In this document: positions 9,429 through 19,443 of the stretch, piece after piece | How positions within the stretch are numbered: the stretch's first letter is position 1 | Layout of the letters: the number at the start of each line of letters is the position of its first letter | IMG/VR virus record: IMGVR_UViG_3300015050_001523 | Location: 64,001 to 128,000 of that record | Source: a virus | Lineage: Duplodnaviria; Caudoviricetes | DNA: 64,000 nucleotides | Strand: one strand, 5' to 3' | Notes under the pieces: model-generated | Seen by the model: the letters and a program-made list of their open reading frames with translations, nothing else | The model's database searches: none | Told to the model about the DNA's origin: nothing | Made by a program: the position numbers and the translations under genes

Positions 9429-11924
9429 TTATTTGATCTTTAATTTATTTTCACTAAGAACCATTTTGACAACGGTTCCTTGTTTTACATTGTTTGTAAG
9501 AAGATATTCAGAAAGAGGTTTCAAAATTTCTTGTTTCATTAGCCTCTTTAAAGGTCGTGCGCCATATTTTGGATCATATCCATTTTCAGCTAACCATTCA
9601 CGAGCTTCAGTTGAAAGTTCTAAACTTAAATCTCTTTCACCAAGTCTTTTTTGAAGAGATTTCATTTGAATATCAAGAATGTTTATCATGTGCTCTTTGT
9701 AAAGAGGATGAAAGTAAATCATTGAATCAATTCTATTTAGAAACTCTGGTCGAAATTTGCTTTGAAGCAACTTATCTCTCGCTTCGCTAAGAGATTCTTC
9801 GTCATGATCTTGAAAATAAAGCTCTGAGCCAATATTTGAAGTTAACAATATTATTGTATTGGTAAAATCAACTGTTCTTCCTTGAGTATCTGTTAATCTT
9901 CCTTCATCAAAAACTTGAAGCATGATATTCCAAACATCTGGATGTGCTTTTTCTACTTCATCTAAAAGAACAATTGAATATGGTCGATGTCGTACAGCTT
10001 CAGTTAATTGCCCTCCTTCACTATATCCAACATATCCAGGAGGAGAACCTACCAAACGGGAAACAGAATGTTTCTCCATGTATTCACTCATATCAATTCT
10101 TACAATTGCTGATTCATCATCAAATAAGAATTCAGCAAGAGCCTTGGCTAATTCGGTTTTGCCAACACCGCTAGGACCAAGAAACAGAAAGGTTCCGACC
10201 GGCGCTTTTGGATCGGTTAGTCCTGCGCGGCTTTGGCGAATAGCATCAGAAATCGCAGAAATTGCTGGGTGTTGCCCAACAACTCTTTCATGCAATCTAT
10301 CTTCCATTAACATAAGAGAACTTTGGGTTTTTTGCTGAAGCATTTTTTCAGCAGGAATTCCTGTCCATGAAGAAATAACTTTTGCAATATCTGCTTCTTC
10401 AACTTTGTCTCGAAGATAGCTACATCCTGACTCTTGAATCTTTTTCAGAAGATCGGCATATTTTGAATACTGTTTTTCTAGTTGAGGAATATCAACATTC
10501 AAAATATTTTTTGCCAAATCAAGATTATCATCTTTTTCAGCATTTTTGACGGAATTCTTCAATGCCTCTATTGATTCAGTAATTGATTTTATTTTGCCAA
10601 TTGCTGTTTTCTCTTCTTCCCAAGAAGCTCTCATTTTCTCAACTTCAGATTCTAATTTTTTAATTTCATTATTTATTTTGATTTTTCGTTCTTTATTTTT
10701 TCTTGACTCTTCAAGGGATGAAGATTCTACATTCAACCGAAGAATTTTTCGTTCTTTTTCATCGATAACAGCCGGAAGACTTTCGATATCCATTTTCAAT
10801 TCTGCGCAAGCCTCATCAACCAAATCAATAGCTTTGTCTGGGAGACTTCTGTTTTGAATATATCGAGCACTTAGTTTTGCTGCTGCAATAAGGGCAGAAT
10901 CTTGAATAGTTAATCCATGATGATTTTGGAACTTATCGCGCAATCCTCGCAAAATGGCAATTGAATCTTCAATTGATGGCTCATTGATTCGGATTGACTG
11001 AAATCGTCGCTCTAGCTGTGGATCTTTTTCAATATATTTTTTGTATGCATCAGTTGTAGATGCGCCAATGCAACGAATTTCTCCATTGGCCAAAGCTGGT
11101 TTTAGAATGCTTGCAGCATCTTGGCCACTCTCGCTTGAACCTGTTCCCATAATGTTATGAAGATCATCAATAAATAAAATGATATCTTTTGCTTTTGAAA
11201 TGGAGGTAATAACTCCTTTTAGTCTTTCTTCAAACTGTCCTCGAAACTGGGCTCCTGCCACAAGGCTTGATAGATCAAGCTGCAAAATGGTAATATTTTT
11301 TAGAGAATCAGGAACATCATTCTTTGCAATTCTTTGAGCGATTGCAAAAACGATGCTCGTTTTACCAACCCCAGACTCTCCAATAATAACAGGATTATTT
11401 TTATTTCTTCGGCTTAAAGTTTGAATTGCCCGACGAACTTCTTGATCTCGACCAATTACAGGGTCGAGCTGGTCTTGCCTTGCAAGCCTGGTGAGGTCCC
11501 TGGTATAATTTGATAGCTCTTCTCCATATTCTTTGGGCGACACAACTTTATTGAGATCAAGTCCTTCTAAAATATGTTTGGTAGCATTTAATTCCATCAT
11601 TGCAAGAATTAAATGGTCAACAGATATTGTATTTTTTGTTTTTGTTGCAGCGACATTAAGCATTTCTTCAATATCGCTTGAATTTCTGGGATCACCAAAC
11701 CTATTGGTTCTAGGAATCTTTGTTAGTTCTTCTTTCAGACTCAAAGAAATGTCTTTAAGAGAACCTCCTGCATTTTTAATTAGAGCCTTATTTTTTTCAT
11801 CATGAATAAGCACAGCCAAAACATGAAGGGTTGTAAACTCCTGATGTTTTAGTCTTTTTGCTTGTTCAACTGCTTTAACAATAATTTTTCGGGCTGATTC
11901 TGAAACGTTTGATGGATTAAACAT
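9429..11924 (-). CDS. clpB: ClpB chaperone/disaggregase
   Basis: Clp N domain, LDPVIGRD, GESGVGKT, coiled-coil M domain, FLFLGPSGVGKTELAKALA, RIDMSEYME, GARPL; no IGF/IGL loop seen. Confidence 0.95.
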   Translation of the reverse strand: MFNPSNVSESARKIIVKAVEQAKRLKHQEFTTLHVLAVLIHDEKNKALIKNAGGSLKDISLSLKEELTKIPRTNRFGDPRNSSDIEEMLNVAATKTKNTISVDHLILAMMELNATKHILEGLDLNKVVSPKEYGEELSNYTRDLTRLARQDQLDPVIGRDQEVRRAIQTLSRRNKNNPVIIGESGVGKTSIVFAIAQRIAKNDVPDSLKNITILQLDLSSLVAGAQFRGQFEERLKGVITSISKAKDIILFIDDLHNIMGTGSSESGQDAASILKPALANGEIRCIGASTTDAYKKYIEKDPQLERRFQSIRINEPSIEDSIAILRGLRDKFQNHHGLTIQDSALIAAAKLSARYIQNRSLPDKAIDLVDEACAELKMDIESLPAVIDEKERKILRLNVESSSLEESRKNKERKIKINNEIKKLESEVEKMRASWEEEKTAIGKIKSITESIEALKNSVKNAEKDDNLDLAKNILNVDIPQLEKQYSKYADLLKKIQESGCSYLRDKVEEADIAKVISSWTGIPAEKMLQQKTQSSLMLMEDRLHERVVGQHPAISAISDAIRQSRAGLTDPKAPVGTFLFLGPSGVGKTELAKALAEFLFDDESAIVRIDMSEYMEKHSVSRLVGSPPGYVGYSEGGQLTEAVRHRPYSIVLLDEVEKAHPDVWNIMLQVFDEGRLTDTQGRTVDFTNTIILLTSNIGSELYFQDHDEESLSEARDKLLQSKFRPEFLNRIDSMIYFHPLYKEHMINILDIQMKSLQKRLGERDLSLELSTEAREWLAENGYDPKYGARPLKRLMKQEILKPLSEYLLTNNVKQGTVVKMVLSENKLKIK

Positions 11925-12064
11925 AATTTCCTTTTATGGGAAGATGAGACAAAGGTATATCAATTCTCAGGGATAAAGTCAAGACAATTAAATTTTTTTG
12001 ACTTGCTATTAAGTTAAAATAAATTGATCTCAAAGCCTTTACAAGTCATGAGATCAATATTATC

Positions 12065-12170
12065 TTTTAATTTAATTAATGCTTTTAATTTAATTAATGC
12101 TTTTAATTTAATTAATGCTTTTAATTTAATTAATGCTTTTAATTTAATTAATGCTTTTAATTTAATTAAT
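12065..12170. repeat. 18-bp tandem repeat (TTTTAATTTAATTAATGC) x5.9
   Basis: Five perfect units plus 16 of 18 nt; 10-bp inverted repeat ATTGATCTCA/TGAGATCAAT just upstream. Confidence 0.95.
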
Positions 12171-12462
12171 TTAAATGATCTAGTGCAGAATTAGTTGGTA
12201 ATGGATTGTGAGAGAGGCATTTCGCTTCATTGGAATGATAAGCCCCACAAGATGCTCCACCTAAAAGTGTAAGTACAATAAGGGAAGTGATTCCCCATTT
12301 TGGAGGATGCTTTTCGAATTCAGCACCAAAATAAATAGTTAGGACTATAATCAAAACGGCTGCTACAATACCGCACCCAATAAAGGCAGAAAAAATAATG
12401 CAAATCATTTTGAATCGACCATTTCTAAGAATAATGAATTGGTTATTTGAATTTCTTTGCAT
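12166..12462 (-). CDS. membrane protein (two TM segments)
   Basis: Two hydrophobic stretches; start probably the internal Met. Confidence 0.65.
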   Translation of the reverse strand: MQRNSNNQFIILRNGRFKMICIIFSAFIGCGIVAAVLIIVLTIYFGAEFEKHPPKWGITSLIVLTLLGGASCGAYHSNEAKCLSHNPLPTNSALDHLN

Positions 12463-12767
12463 TGAAAATCTAAATCATCAACATAAAAAAATGGGCCATC
12501 ATTTAATTTGCTGTTAGAATTTACAATCATAATTTTGAAAAACCAGCCTAATTTTCTTGCCAATTTTGGCCCATTATTTTTTACAGTAACAATTTTAAAA
12601 TCATTGTCATTGAATTTTTCATATCCTGCATGCAGATTCTCAAGATTAAGAAGTGGTTGTTCTTTACTAAATGTAAAATAGACTATGTCTTGAATGCCTC
12701 TAACAACCATACATTTATTAAAACGCACGGCAAGAGATTGAGAATTTTCTTTTTTATTTGCTGTCAT
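12405..12767 (-). CDS. hypothetical protein, paralog of 18963..19406
   Basis: Shared KC.VVR..D.VY, LH.G...FN..D, NGP.LAR.LGW motifs. Confidence 0.75.
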   Translation of the reverse strand: MTANKKENSQSLAVRFNKCMVVRGIQDIVYFTFSKEQPLLNLENLHAGYEKFNDNDFKIVTVKNNGPKLARKLGWFFKIMIVNSNSKLNDGPFFYVDDLDFQCKEIQITNSLFLEMVDSK

Positions 12768-12777
12768 AATTTGTCTT

Positions 12778-12975
12778 TTATGAAAGTTTATCAGGAATTA
12801 TTGGATTTGGACGAGTAGGATTGAATAATGTATGATCGCAATATTTCTGTGATTTTTCTACTGAACTAAATAAAGGAACACCTTTTGGAATGTCTTTTTC
12901 ATTTATTACTTCAATATGTTTAAATTCTGCGGTTTCGTTATCTATTTTTTCAATTGTATATGTAAAGTATTTCAT
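12778..12975 (-). CDS. hypothetical protein
   Basis: Tiling ORF. Confidence 0.6.
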   Translation of the reverse strand: MKYFTYTIEKIDNETAEFKHIEVINEKDIPKGVPLFSSVEKSQKYCDHTLFNPTRPNPIIPDKLS

Positions 12976-12977
12976 AC

Positions 12978-13280
12978 CTAAAGAAATCCTTGTCTATTTA
13001 GAAGCCTTTTTGATTTTTTTAAATCAATAAACCCAATTGAGCTTAGGTCTTCTACATCATTTATACGACATTTTGTAAAGTCGTTTTTTGTCAGTTTTCT
13101 TTTTATTTTTTTTTCTACGCAGCCAATACAAAACATGCGATGATAATCTTCGCCACATACCTGTATCCATAAATCATTTTGAATCATATAATACTCACCA
13201 ATAACATTGGTATTTATATTACAGTCTCTACATAACCAACTCATTTTAAAAGATAAAAGACCTTTCAAGTGTTTTATCAT
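12978..13280 (-). CDS. putative zinc-binding protein
   Basis: CRDC..YMIQNDLW..CIGC. Confidence 0.65.
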   Translation of the reverse strand: MIKHLKGLLSFKMSWLCRDCNINTNVIGEYYMIQNDLWIQVCGEDYHRMFCIGCVEKKIKRKLTKNDFTKCRINDVEDLSSIGFIDLKKSKRLLNRQGFL

Positions 13281-13298
13281 AAGTCTTATCTGTTATCT

Positions 13299-13544
13299 TC
13301 AAATAATTCCTGCTTTCTCTAATGCAGACTTTACATTCGCTAAAGCTGCACCGTCATCAAAATATGCAGAGATAATTTCAATATCTTCTGGACGTGCATC
13401 AGTTCCCAATAACATTGTAATGTCTTGTTTTAGAACGGAAATAACTACATTGGCTGCTTTTTCAATTGCTTTTTGTTTTAGTGCTGAAAACATATTTTTG
13501 TTCCTTTGTTTGTAAGGGCTCGGGATTCTCCGAGCCATGATCAA
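13299..13544 (-). CDS. hypothetical protein
   Basis: Tiling ORF. Confidence 0.6.
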   Translation of the reverse strand: MIMARRIPSPYKQRNKNMFSALKQKAIEKAANVVISVLKQDITMLLGTDARPEDIEIISAYFDDGAALANVKSALEKAGII

Positions 13545-13985
13545 TCATACCAGTTTAAGCTTTTCAGTGCAAGAGCATTCTTGGCCCATTTCAAAGTGTG
13601 GGCCAATAGATTCCGGCAATTTATCCCAGTTATTAGAAGAAGAAATAATGTCTAAACCCAGATTAAGAATATCTTCTATTAATGGAACAAATTTATATTT
13701 AGTTTTATGAACGATTAGTGGCAATACTTCTAAGCCCTTTAAGTCTAACTTAAGTAATCTTGCTACTGGGTATTTGTTCTCGCCAGTCAAAGTTGGTCGA
13801 AAATAAATTATTTTATATATAATTTTTTCTCTATTTGATTTAAGAACAAAATTTTCTTTCAATATGGCTGCCCGACCCTTTTCAAGAGATTCAATTTTTG
13901 ATTGAAGTTTTTCATTTTGTTGTTTTAATTCTCTAATTTTAGATTCAGGACTTTCGATTTTGTTAGATAGTTTTATTTTATTCAT
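13545..13985 (-). CDS. coiled-coil hypothetical protein
   Basis: Tiling ORF with N-terminal heptads. Confidence 0.65.
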   Translation of the reverse strand: MNKIKLSNKIESPESKIRELKQQNEKLQSKIESLEKGRAAILKENFVLKSNREKIIYKIIYFRPTLTGENKYPVARLLKLDLKGLEVLPLIVHKTKYKFVPLIEDILNLGLDIISSSNNWDKLPESIGPHFEMGQECSCTEKLKLV

Positions 13986-14196
13986 TTTTATTCTCCGAAT
14001 TAATTGGCATCGAGCTAATAACTAATTCATTATTTTTATAAAGCAGAATTTGAGTAACTCCAAGAAATATTAAGGTAATAAAATTTAAAAACAAATAATA
14101 ATACAAAAATATAGTTGCCAATATAAATGATATTGTGGCGAGTATAATGTTTGATATCATTATTTTTTTTAATGTTTTTGTTGTTTTATTTTTCAT
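13978..14196 (-). CDS. small membrane protein
   Basis: Long hydrophobic stretch. Confidence 0.6.
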   Translation of the reverse strand: MKNKTTKTLKKIMISNIILATISFILATIFLYYYLFLNFITLIFLGVTQILLYKNNELVISSMPINSENKNE

Positions 14197-14428
14197 AAAG
14201 ATTGGTTTTTATATTTTTGTTTTGATGCCGATTTGACATTCGTACTCTGGTAGAAAAACAGAAAGTACGAGGGCTAATCATCGTACCTCCATTTGCTTCA
14301 TAGGCGATATATCTCTCTGAGCCGTTACGACATGTAGGACATGCGCATCCAACCAACCCTCTTGAATATCTTTGGAGCGATGCAATATTTTTACATGTTT
14401 CTCTAAATGATATCACTTTGTATTCCAT
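14186..14428 (-). CDS. hypothetical protein (Cys-containing)
   Basis: Tiling ORF with CACPTC. Confidence 0.55.
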   Translation of the reverse strand: MEYKVISFRETCKNIASLQRYSRGLVGCACPTCRNGSERYIAYEANGGTMISPRTFCFSTRVRMSNRHQNKNIKTNLYEK

Positions 14429-14971
14429 ATTCTTTTTTGTATGCTTCTGACATTTTCAGTATCGCCAATTTCATCTAAATAAATTAATAACTTCTGAAGA
14501 AGATTGTCATTTGGATCTCCAACAAATTTTGGAATTCTTATTAAATTGCCATAACTTTTTTGAAGACCAGCTGCTGTATCATCTATAAACAAAATTTGAT
14601 TTTTATGAAATCCAAATTTTTTCAATTTTTTAATATCTTTAATCCAACAATACTCATCTGTTTCTAAGTCTCGTTTTAGATGGCAACGTTCTCTGGAATA
14701 TATAAATCTTAACTGCAAGATTTGTTCAGGGGTTGCAATTAACCTTAGCATTTCCAAAGCATAGTCATGAGTTCCTGCTGTCCAAACTCCAACAGCTTCA
14801 AATCGAGCTAGGACGCCTTCTAAGAAGTGATGAATGCTAGGACGTAGATATGTTCTGCAACCGTCTAACGATTGCCAGTGAGGCTCCCACGACGGTTCTC
14901 TTTCTTTTTGTTCAACAGTATAAAGAAGAGTTTCATCAAGATCAAGCACTAAAAGTTTTGAATATTTCATT
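14413..14971 (-). CDS. HAD-family phosphatase, FCP1/NIF-like
   Basis: LVLDLDETL, YLRP, GVWTAG..YA, FIDD; start moved to MKYSKLL next to the helicase stop. Confidence 0.85.
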
Positions 14972-16753
14972 TTACTTATCAGATGCCTCAAATACATCAG
15001 TTGATGAGTAATCTCCATAATTCATAAAGTTCTCACCAGTTATTGCAGTCAGTTTTGCACGATTAAGTATTTCACGAGTAGGTAATAATGCGTGGATAGG
15101 CTCCATGTCAAATGGAGGAGCAGACTCATTTGATTGAGTTTCTTTTTCTTTCTCTTTTTCTTTTACATAGACAAGATCTTCCATATGCCTAGTATGAGCA
15201 ACATAGCTCAAATTACTTTCTTGATCCTTCATCCATTGTTTTTGGCCTTTGAAATTAATTTCAGTCGGTCCAAGGATAAAGATTCTTTTGTTCTCTAACC
15301 CTTTTGAACGATGGATTGATGATAGAGTGACGCTTGAGCGATTGTCGCTAAAAAGATCAGAAATTGCATTATTGATATCTTGAATTGAATTCACTTCTTT
15401 TCGTTGATAGATAACCCTTAAGCATTCGGCCGAATCATCAAGTGACATAATTTTTTGCTGGATGCTTGATTCATCTCCTCCTCGATTAAGAATAAGATTC
15501 TTTTCTTTTTCAAGCCATGTTTCAATTCCTTGTCCAAAAGAATCGAAATTGCTTGACTTAAGAATTACTTTAATGATTTTTGTTAGTCCTTCTCCAATTG
15601 CGCGACCCTTTACAACGGCTGGAATTCCTTTTGAAATAATTGAGAAGGCAGCACTAACAAGAGGAGCATTTCGACGACAAAGAATCATATCTCCTTCTCG
15701 AACCATATCTTTCATTTCATCATATTTAATATGAGAAACTGTTCCTTCTGGCGCGTTTGGGCGAGCCTCAATTTGCGGAACCCACCTTTTTGCAAGCTCA
15801 ATCCCAGAAGTTGGGCATCGATAACAAACAGAAAGAGGAAGAACTTTGGCCTTCAAATCTTTAATGATTTGATTAAAGCTATTTGCGTCGGCTCCCATGA
15901 ATCCGAAAATGGATTGAAATGGGTCCCCAATTGCAACAATGCGTCCACCACGCTTTGTGCATTTTTTGATGATATCTAGCTGGGCAGGAGAAGTATCCTG
16001 GCACTCATCAACAAAAACCCATGAAAACTTTTTTGGAGTATATCGATTCACATGGGGAAGCCATACCATATCCACAAAATCAATAAGAGAAATATTCTTC
16101 TTGCCATAATCTGCAAGATATTTAATAATCTCAGAGATTACTCGATCAAGATTTTGAGGACAATCAATATTATGATGGTTCGCCAAATCCCAAAGGACGT
16201 TTGGATACTCGCGTCCATCAAAATCAACTAAATTAAGTCGTGCCTTATCAAAAAGGCTCATGATGACGCTTGAAGGAAGCTTAAGTTCTCCATTTTCGGA
16301 GTTTCCACGCAACTCATACATTTCATCATAATCAAGCTTTTTGCCAAATAGAAATCCTCCATTTCGCTGAAGATCATTTTCAATTTGATTGATAACTGAC
16401 TTATACTTGTAAGTTTGTCGTTTGGGATCTTCAACCTGAACATTTACGTTTCGATTACAAAAACGAATTGCACCAAAGCCGATAGAATACGCGGTCCGCG
16501 CAGTCATGTTTGTATCTTTTAGTTTTGGCTCAATTTCATCGACAACAGCCTTACTAAAGGCGATGTAGACTCCATCTCCAATAATGAGGCGAGCACCAAA
16601 AATAATGCTTGACGTTTTTCCGGCGCCTGCGACTGCATTAACAACAGCGTTACCTGAGCCATTAACAATCCAATCAAAAAAATCGCATTGGTAATTGCTA
16701 GGAATATATGGAGATTTGACTAGTTTTTGCCATTCAGTAGGTTGGATTACCAT
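14972..16753 (-). CDS. SF1 UvrD/Rep-like helicase
   Basis: NAVAGAGKT, FVDECQD, GDPFQSIFGF, CYRCP, SIHRSKGLE, YVAHTR. Confidence 0.9.
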   Translation of the reverse strand: MVIQPTEWQKLVKSPYIPSNYQCDFFDWIVNGSGNAVVNAVAGAGKTSSIIFGARLIIGDGVYIAFSKAVVDEIEPKLKDTNMTARTAYSIGFGAIRFCNRNVNVQVEDPKRQTYKYKSVINQIENDLQRNGGFLFGKKLDYDEMYELRGNSENGELKLPSSVIMSLFDKARLNLVDFDGREYPNVLWDLANHHNIDCPQNLDRVISEIIKYLADYGKKNISLIDFVDMVWLPHVNRYTPKKFSWVFVDECQDTSPAQLDIIKKCTKRGGRIVAIGDPFQSIFGFMGADANSFNQIIKDLKAKVLPLSVCYRCPTSGIELAKRWVPQIEARPNAPEGTVSHIKYDEMKDMVREGDMILCRRNAPLVSAAFSIISKGIPAVVKGRAIGEGLTKIIKVILKSSNFDSFGQGIETWLEKEKNLILNRGGDESSIQQKIMSLDDSAECLRVIYQRKEVNSIQDINNAISDLFSDNRSSVTLSSIHRSKGLENKRIFILGPTEINFKGQKQWMKDQESNLSYVAHTRHMEDLVYVKEKEKEKETQSNESAPPFDMEPIHALLPTREILNRAKLTAITGENFMNYGDYSSTDVFEASDK

Positions 16754-16775
16754 AAGCTTTATTCCCCCTGCTCAA

Positions 16776-16803
16776 AGGATAGCACCTTGAATCGAGAAGT
16801 CAA
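16776..16803 (-). promoter_or_regulatory. sigma70-like promoter of the helicase
   Basis: TTGACT-16-TATCCT, then GGGGGA SD. Confidence 0.7.
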
Positions 16804-16854
16804 CCTTCCTTAGCTTAAATAAACAACGTCTTTGTTTAGAATATCATTATCTTT

Positions 16855-17082
16855 CTACTCATCAGGATAAAGACCTAGCCAACTGCGTTTCTGTGCAGCA
16901 TAACGCCGTCCACGTTCAAAATTATAACTCCAACTATCTAAGGTAGAAGGATATGCGAAATTCTTTCCTTCTAGATCACAAATCACGCGTCGGGCTTCGT
17001 CACGCTCTTGTGTTAAGGTATTGATTTTATTTATTAATTCTAAATATTCAGAATTAGTTAATGTTAATGTTGCTTCAACCAT
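16855..17082 (-). CDS. hypothetical protein
   Basis: ORF with short coiled coil. Confidence 0.6.
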   Translation of the reverse strand: MVEATLTLTNSEYLELINKINTLTQERDEARRVICDLEGKNFAYPSTLDSWSYNFERGRRYAAQKRSWLGLYPDE

Positions 17083-17200
17083 TGGTATAGTATCTTATGA
17101 GAAAAAGAGATTTATTGTTTGAATGATTGCAAAAGAAATTGGCCAGCCTAAAATAAATCCTAAAACGGCACCTGAAAGAAAAATATAACTTGGATCTAAT

Positions 17201-17581
17201 TCATTCATTTGATAATCTTTTTTTTAGATTTGAAAGAATAAAATTAAGAGATTTTCTCCTTTTAATTTCTTTCCAATAATCTTTTTTTGTAAAAAAGATA
17301 TAATTGTTTAAATAATAATGACTCATTCTGCCTGTTTCGCCTGTTGCTGTATGAAAAGCTGGTCCGTCTTCTCTATGATATTCTCCATGAATAAAATAAG
17401 ACTTATCTCCGTTTGCAAATTCAATTGCAGGAAGATTTCCCTCTCGATGCCGTTCTCCATAGAGATACCATGCTTTATATCCATTATTATATTCAACAGC
17501 AGGACCATCTTCTCTATGAAGAAGATCGTTTAACCAATATCTCTTTACTCCATTATTACTAATAATTAATCCATTTTTCAT
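17201..17581 (-). CDS. HREDGPA-repeat family protein, copy 7
   Basis: Three repeats, KSLNFILSN. Confidence 0.85.
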   Translation of the reverse strand: MKNGLIISNNGVKRYWLNDLLHREDGPAVEYNNGYKAWYLYGERHREGNLPAIEFANGDKSYFIHGEYHREDGPAFHTATGETGRMSHYYLNNYIFFTKKDYWKEIKRRKSLNFILSNLKKRLSNE

Positions 17582-17584
17582 AAT

Positions 17585-18310
17585 TTATATCTCAATTATA
17601 TGCAACTTTGCTGTTCTTGCACCATTATAAAATTTGGTGGCAATTTCTTTTGCAATTTTTGTTTTATTTCCGCTTTCATGGACATGGCCAAAAAAATGGT
17701 GCTTTATTTTATGTTCTTCCATAAAAAGAAATGATGACAATATTTTAATTCCATAATTTTCATTATTGAAATCTCCACCACAATCAAGAATCTTAAAAGG
17801 TGGAGAATGTGTAATTAAAATATCTGGTTCAAGGACTCCCATTTTTCTGACAATTTCATATAAATCATTTTCTGAGGTTTCATAATTCCATTCTCCTGAA
17901 ATATAATTTATATTTGGAAAACCTGACCACTTAAGTCCAACCAATTCAAAACAATTCAAATTGATTTCAAAAACATTTGGGCATCCAAACTCTATTAATT
18001 CATTTGATAATGAAATAAAGTCATGATTTCCTGATACGCTTATAAATGGTCTTCCATCTAACCAATTTGTAATATGTTCAAGAATATTGTTTCTCTTTAA
18101 CCATTCTTTTTGGAATTCAATTTCATGATCTTTATCAAGAACTCTTTCAATATATCTTGGACCCATTTTTATGATTGGGTCATTAGGAAAGAAATCTCCG
18201 GTATCAACCCAAACATCAAAATTTTTGATCAAATGAATTTTATTATGAACAATTTTCATTAGTTCAGAATGAAGATCTGAAGTATGAAAAATTTTGATGT
18301 TTTTGTTCAT
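17585..18310 (-). CDS. calcineurin-like metallophosphoesterase
   Basis: SDLH, GDFF, GNHD, THSPP, GHVHE. Confidence 0.9.
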   Translation of the reverse strand: MNKNIKIFHTSDLHSELMKIVHNKIHLIKNFDVWVDTGDFFPNDPIIKMGPRYIERVLDKDHEIEFQKEWLKRNNILEHITNWLDGRPFISVSGNHDFISLSNELIEFGCPNVFEINLNCFELVGLKWSGFPNINYISGEWNYETSENDLYEIVRKMGVLEPDILITHSPPFKILDCGGDFNNENYGIKILSSFLFMEEHKIKHHFFGHVHESGNKTKIAKEIATKFYNGARTAKLHIIEI

Positions 18311-18318
18311 AACCTTTT

Positions 18319-18597
18319 TTAATTTAAATAATTTAATAAAAAATTTAAATTTGGTTCATTGGGCTCTTGAGGTTCTTGATTTAGTTGATTATTAAGATTA
18401 TTAATTGTGATATAGGATGCTAAAAAATGAAATACCAATTCTTTAGAAAGTCCTGTTCTATTGCAAACCAAAGATTCAGTATGAGATATATCTGATTTAA
18501 AAGAATTATCTTCATTTAATAGAGAGTCAACTTCTTCTCTGGTTAGATTGGCGCCAAATTCTAAAAGTTTTTGAATTGTTTTTTGTAAGCTGTTCAT
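18319..18597 (-). CDS. hypothetical protein, tandem paralog of next ORF
   Basis: EFG.NLT.EE..SLLNED.S.KSDIS shared. Confidence 0.75.
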   Translation of the reverse strand: MNSLQKTIQKLLEFGANLTREEVDSLLNEDNSFKSDISHTESLVCNRTGLSKELVFHFLASYITINNLNNQLNQEPQEPNEPNLNFLLNYLN

Positions 18598-18624
18598 AAT
18601 TTGGTATCGATTTTATCGATTTTA

Positions 18625-18879
18625 TCAATTTTGCAAAAGTGTTAAGAGAGGTTTGGGATTTAGTCGCCTCATAAGATTATTTACACTAATATAGGCGGTT
18701 AAAAGATCTGAAACCAACAATAAATTAAAACCAGTTCGAATAGAAATAAGATTGATAGAGCTAGAAATGTCTGATTTCCAGGAACCATCTTCGTTTAGTA
18801 ATGAAATAATTTCTTCATCAGTCAAATTTTGACCAAATTCTTGAAGAGTTATAAAAGTTTTGTTTAATTTGTCATTCAT
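18625..18879 (-). CDS. hypothetical protein, tandem paralog of previous ORF
   Basis: Homology starts at MNDKLN (18879), so start shortened from 18936. Confidence 0.7.
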   Translation of the reverse strand: MNDKLNKTFITLQEFGQNLTDEEIISLLNEDGSWKSDISSSINLISIRTGFNLLLVSDLLTAYISVNNLMRRLNPKPLLTLLQN

Positions 18880-18886
18880 TTTAAAT

Positions 18887-18937
18887 AACCTTTGCGAATC
18901 CATCGTTGGTAGAAAAATAAATATTTCGGCAACCAAC
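18887..18937 (-). pseudogene. duplicated 3' end of the deaminase gene (remnant)
   Basis: 46 of 51 nt identical to 19450-19500; encodes VGCRNIYFSTNDGFAKV but has no open upstream frame. Confidence 0.85.
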
Positions 18938-18962
18938 TGATCAAAAATTTATCATACTTCTT

Positions 18963-19406
18963 CTATTTGTAGCCGAGTTCATCAAGCAATTCTACAATGG
19001 CATCATTTTGGTTTTCATCGCAGTAGTCAGTTATCTCATTCAAAGTTCGAAGTGTTTTATCAAATAATTCTGGGGATCCAATATTGATTTTGTCAGATTT
19101 TTCCCAAGATTCAATATAGCTTAAGATATGTTCTGCATTTTTTGTTGCATCAATTATTTCAATTCTTAACATCCATCCAAGATTTCTTGCAAGATTTGGA
19201 CCATTTCCAAGAACTGTTTTTATTGTCAAGTCTCTTGTATTAAATTCGTCAAATCCATTATGAAGTGATTGAACTGCTTTAATATCTCTTCCAAAGATAT
19301 CCTTTTTTGCAATATGTAAATAAACTGTGTCTGTTGAATTATGCCTAACAACAACACATTTGTCGAAAGTTATTGAAACTGATTGGTTAGTTTTTTGAAA
19401 TGCCAT
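18963..19406 (-). CDS. hypothetical protein, paralog of 12405..12767
   Basis: Shared motifs; flanked by 51-bp direct repeats. Confidence 0.75.
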   Translation of the reverse strand: MAFQKTNQSVSITFDKCVVVRHNSTDTVYLHIAKKDIFGRDIKAVQSLHNGFDEFNTRDLTIKTVLGNGPNLARNLGWMLRIEIIDATKNAEHILSYIESWEKSDKINIGSPELFDKTLRTLNEITDYCDENQNDAIVELLDELGYK

Positions 19407-19443
19407 AAGTTATTTCCTAATAGTTTTCTCTTCTTTATATTTT

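Noticed and set aside
12065-12170. CRISPR array
   Set aside because: The 18-bp units are head-to-tail with no spacers, and no cas genes were recognised.
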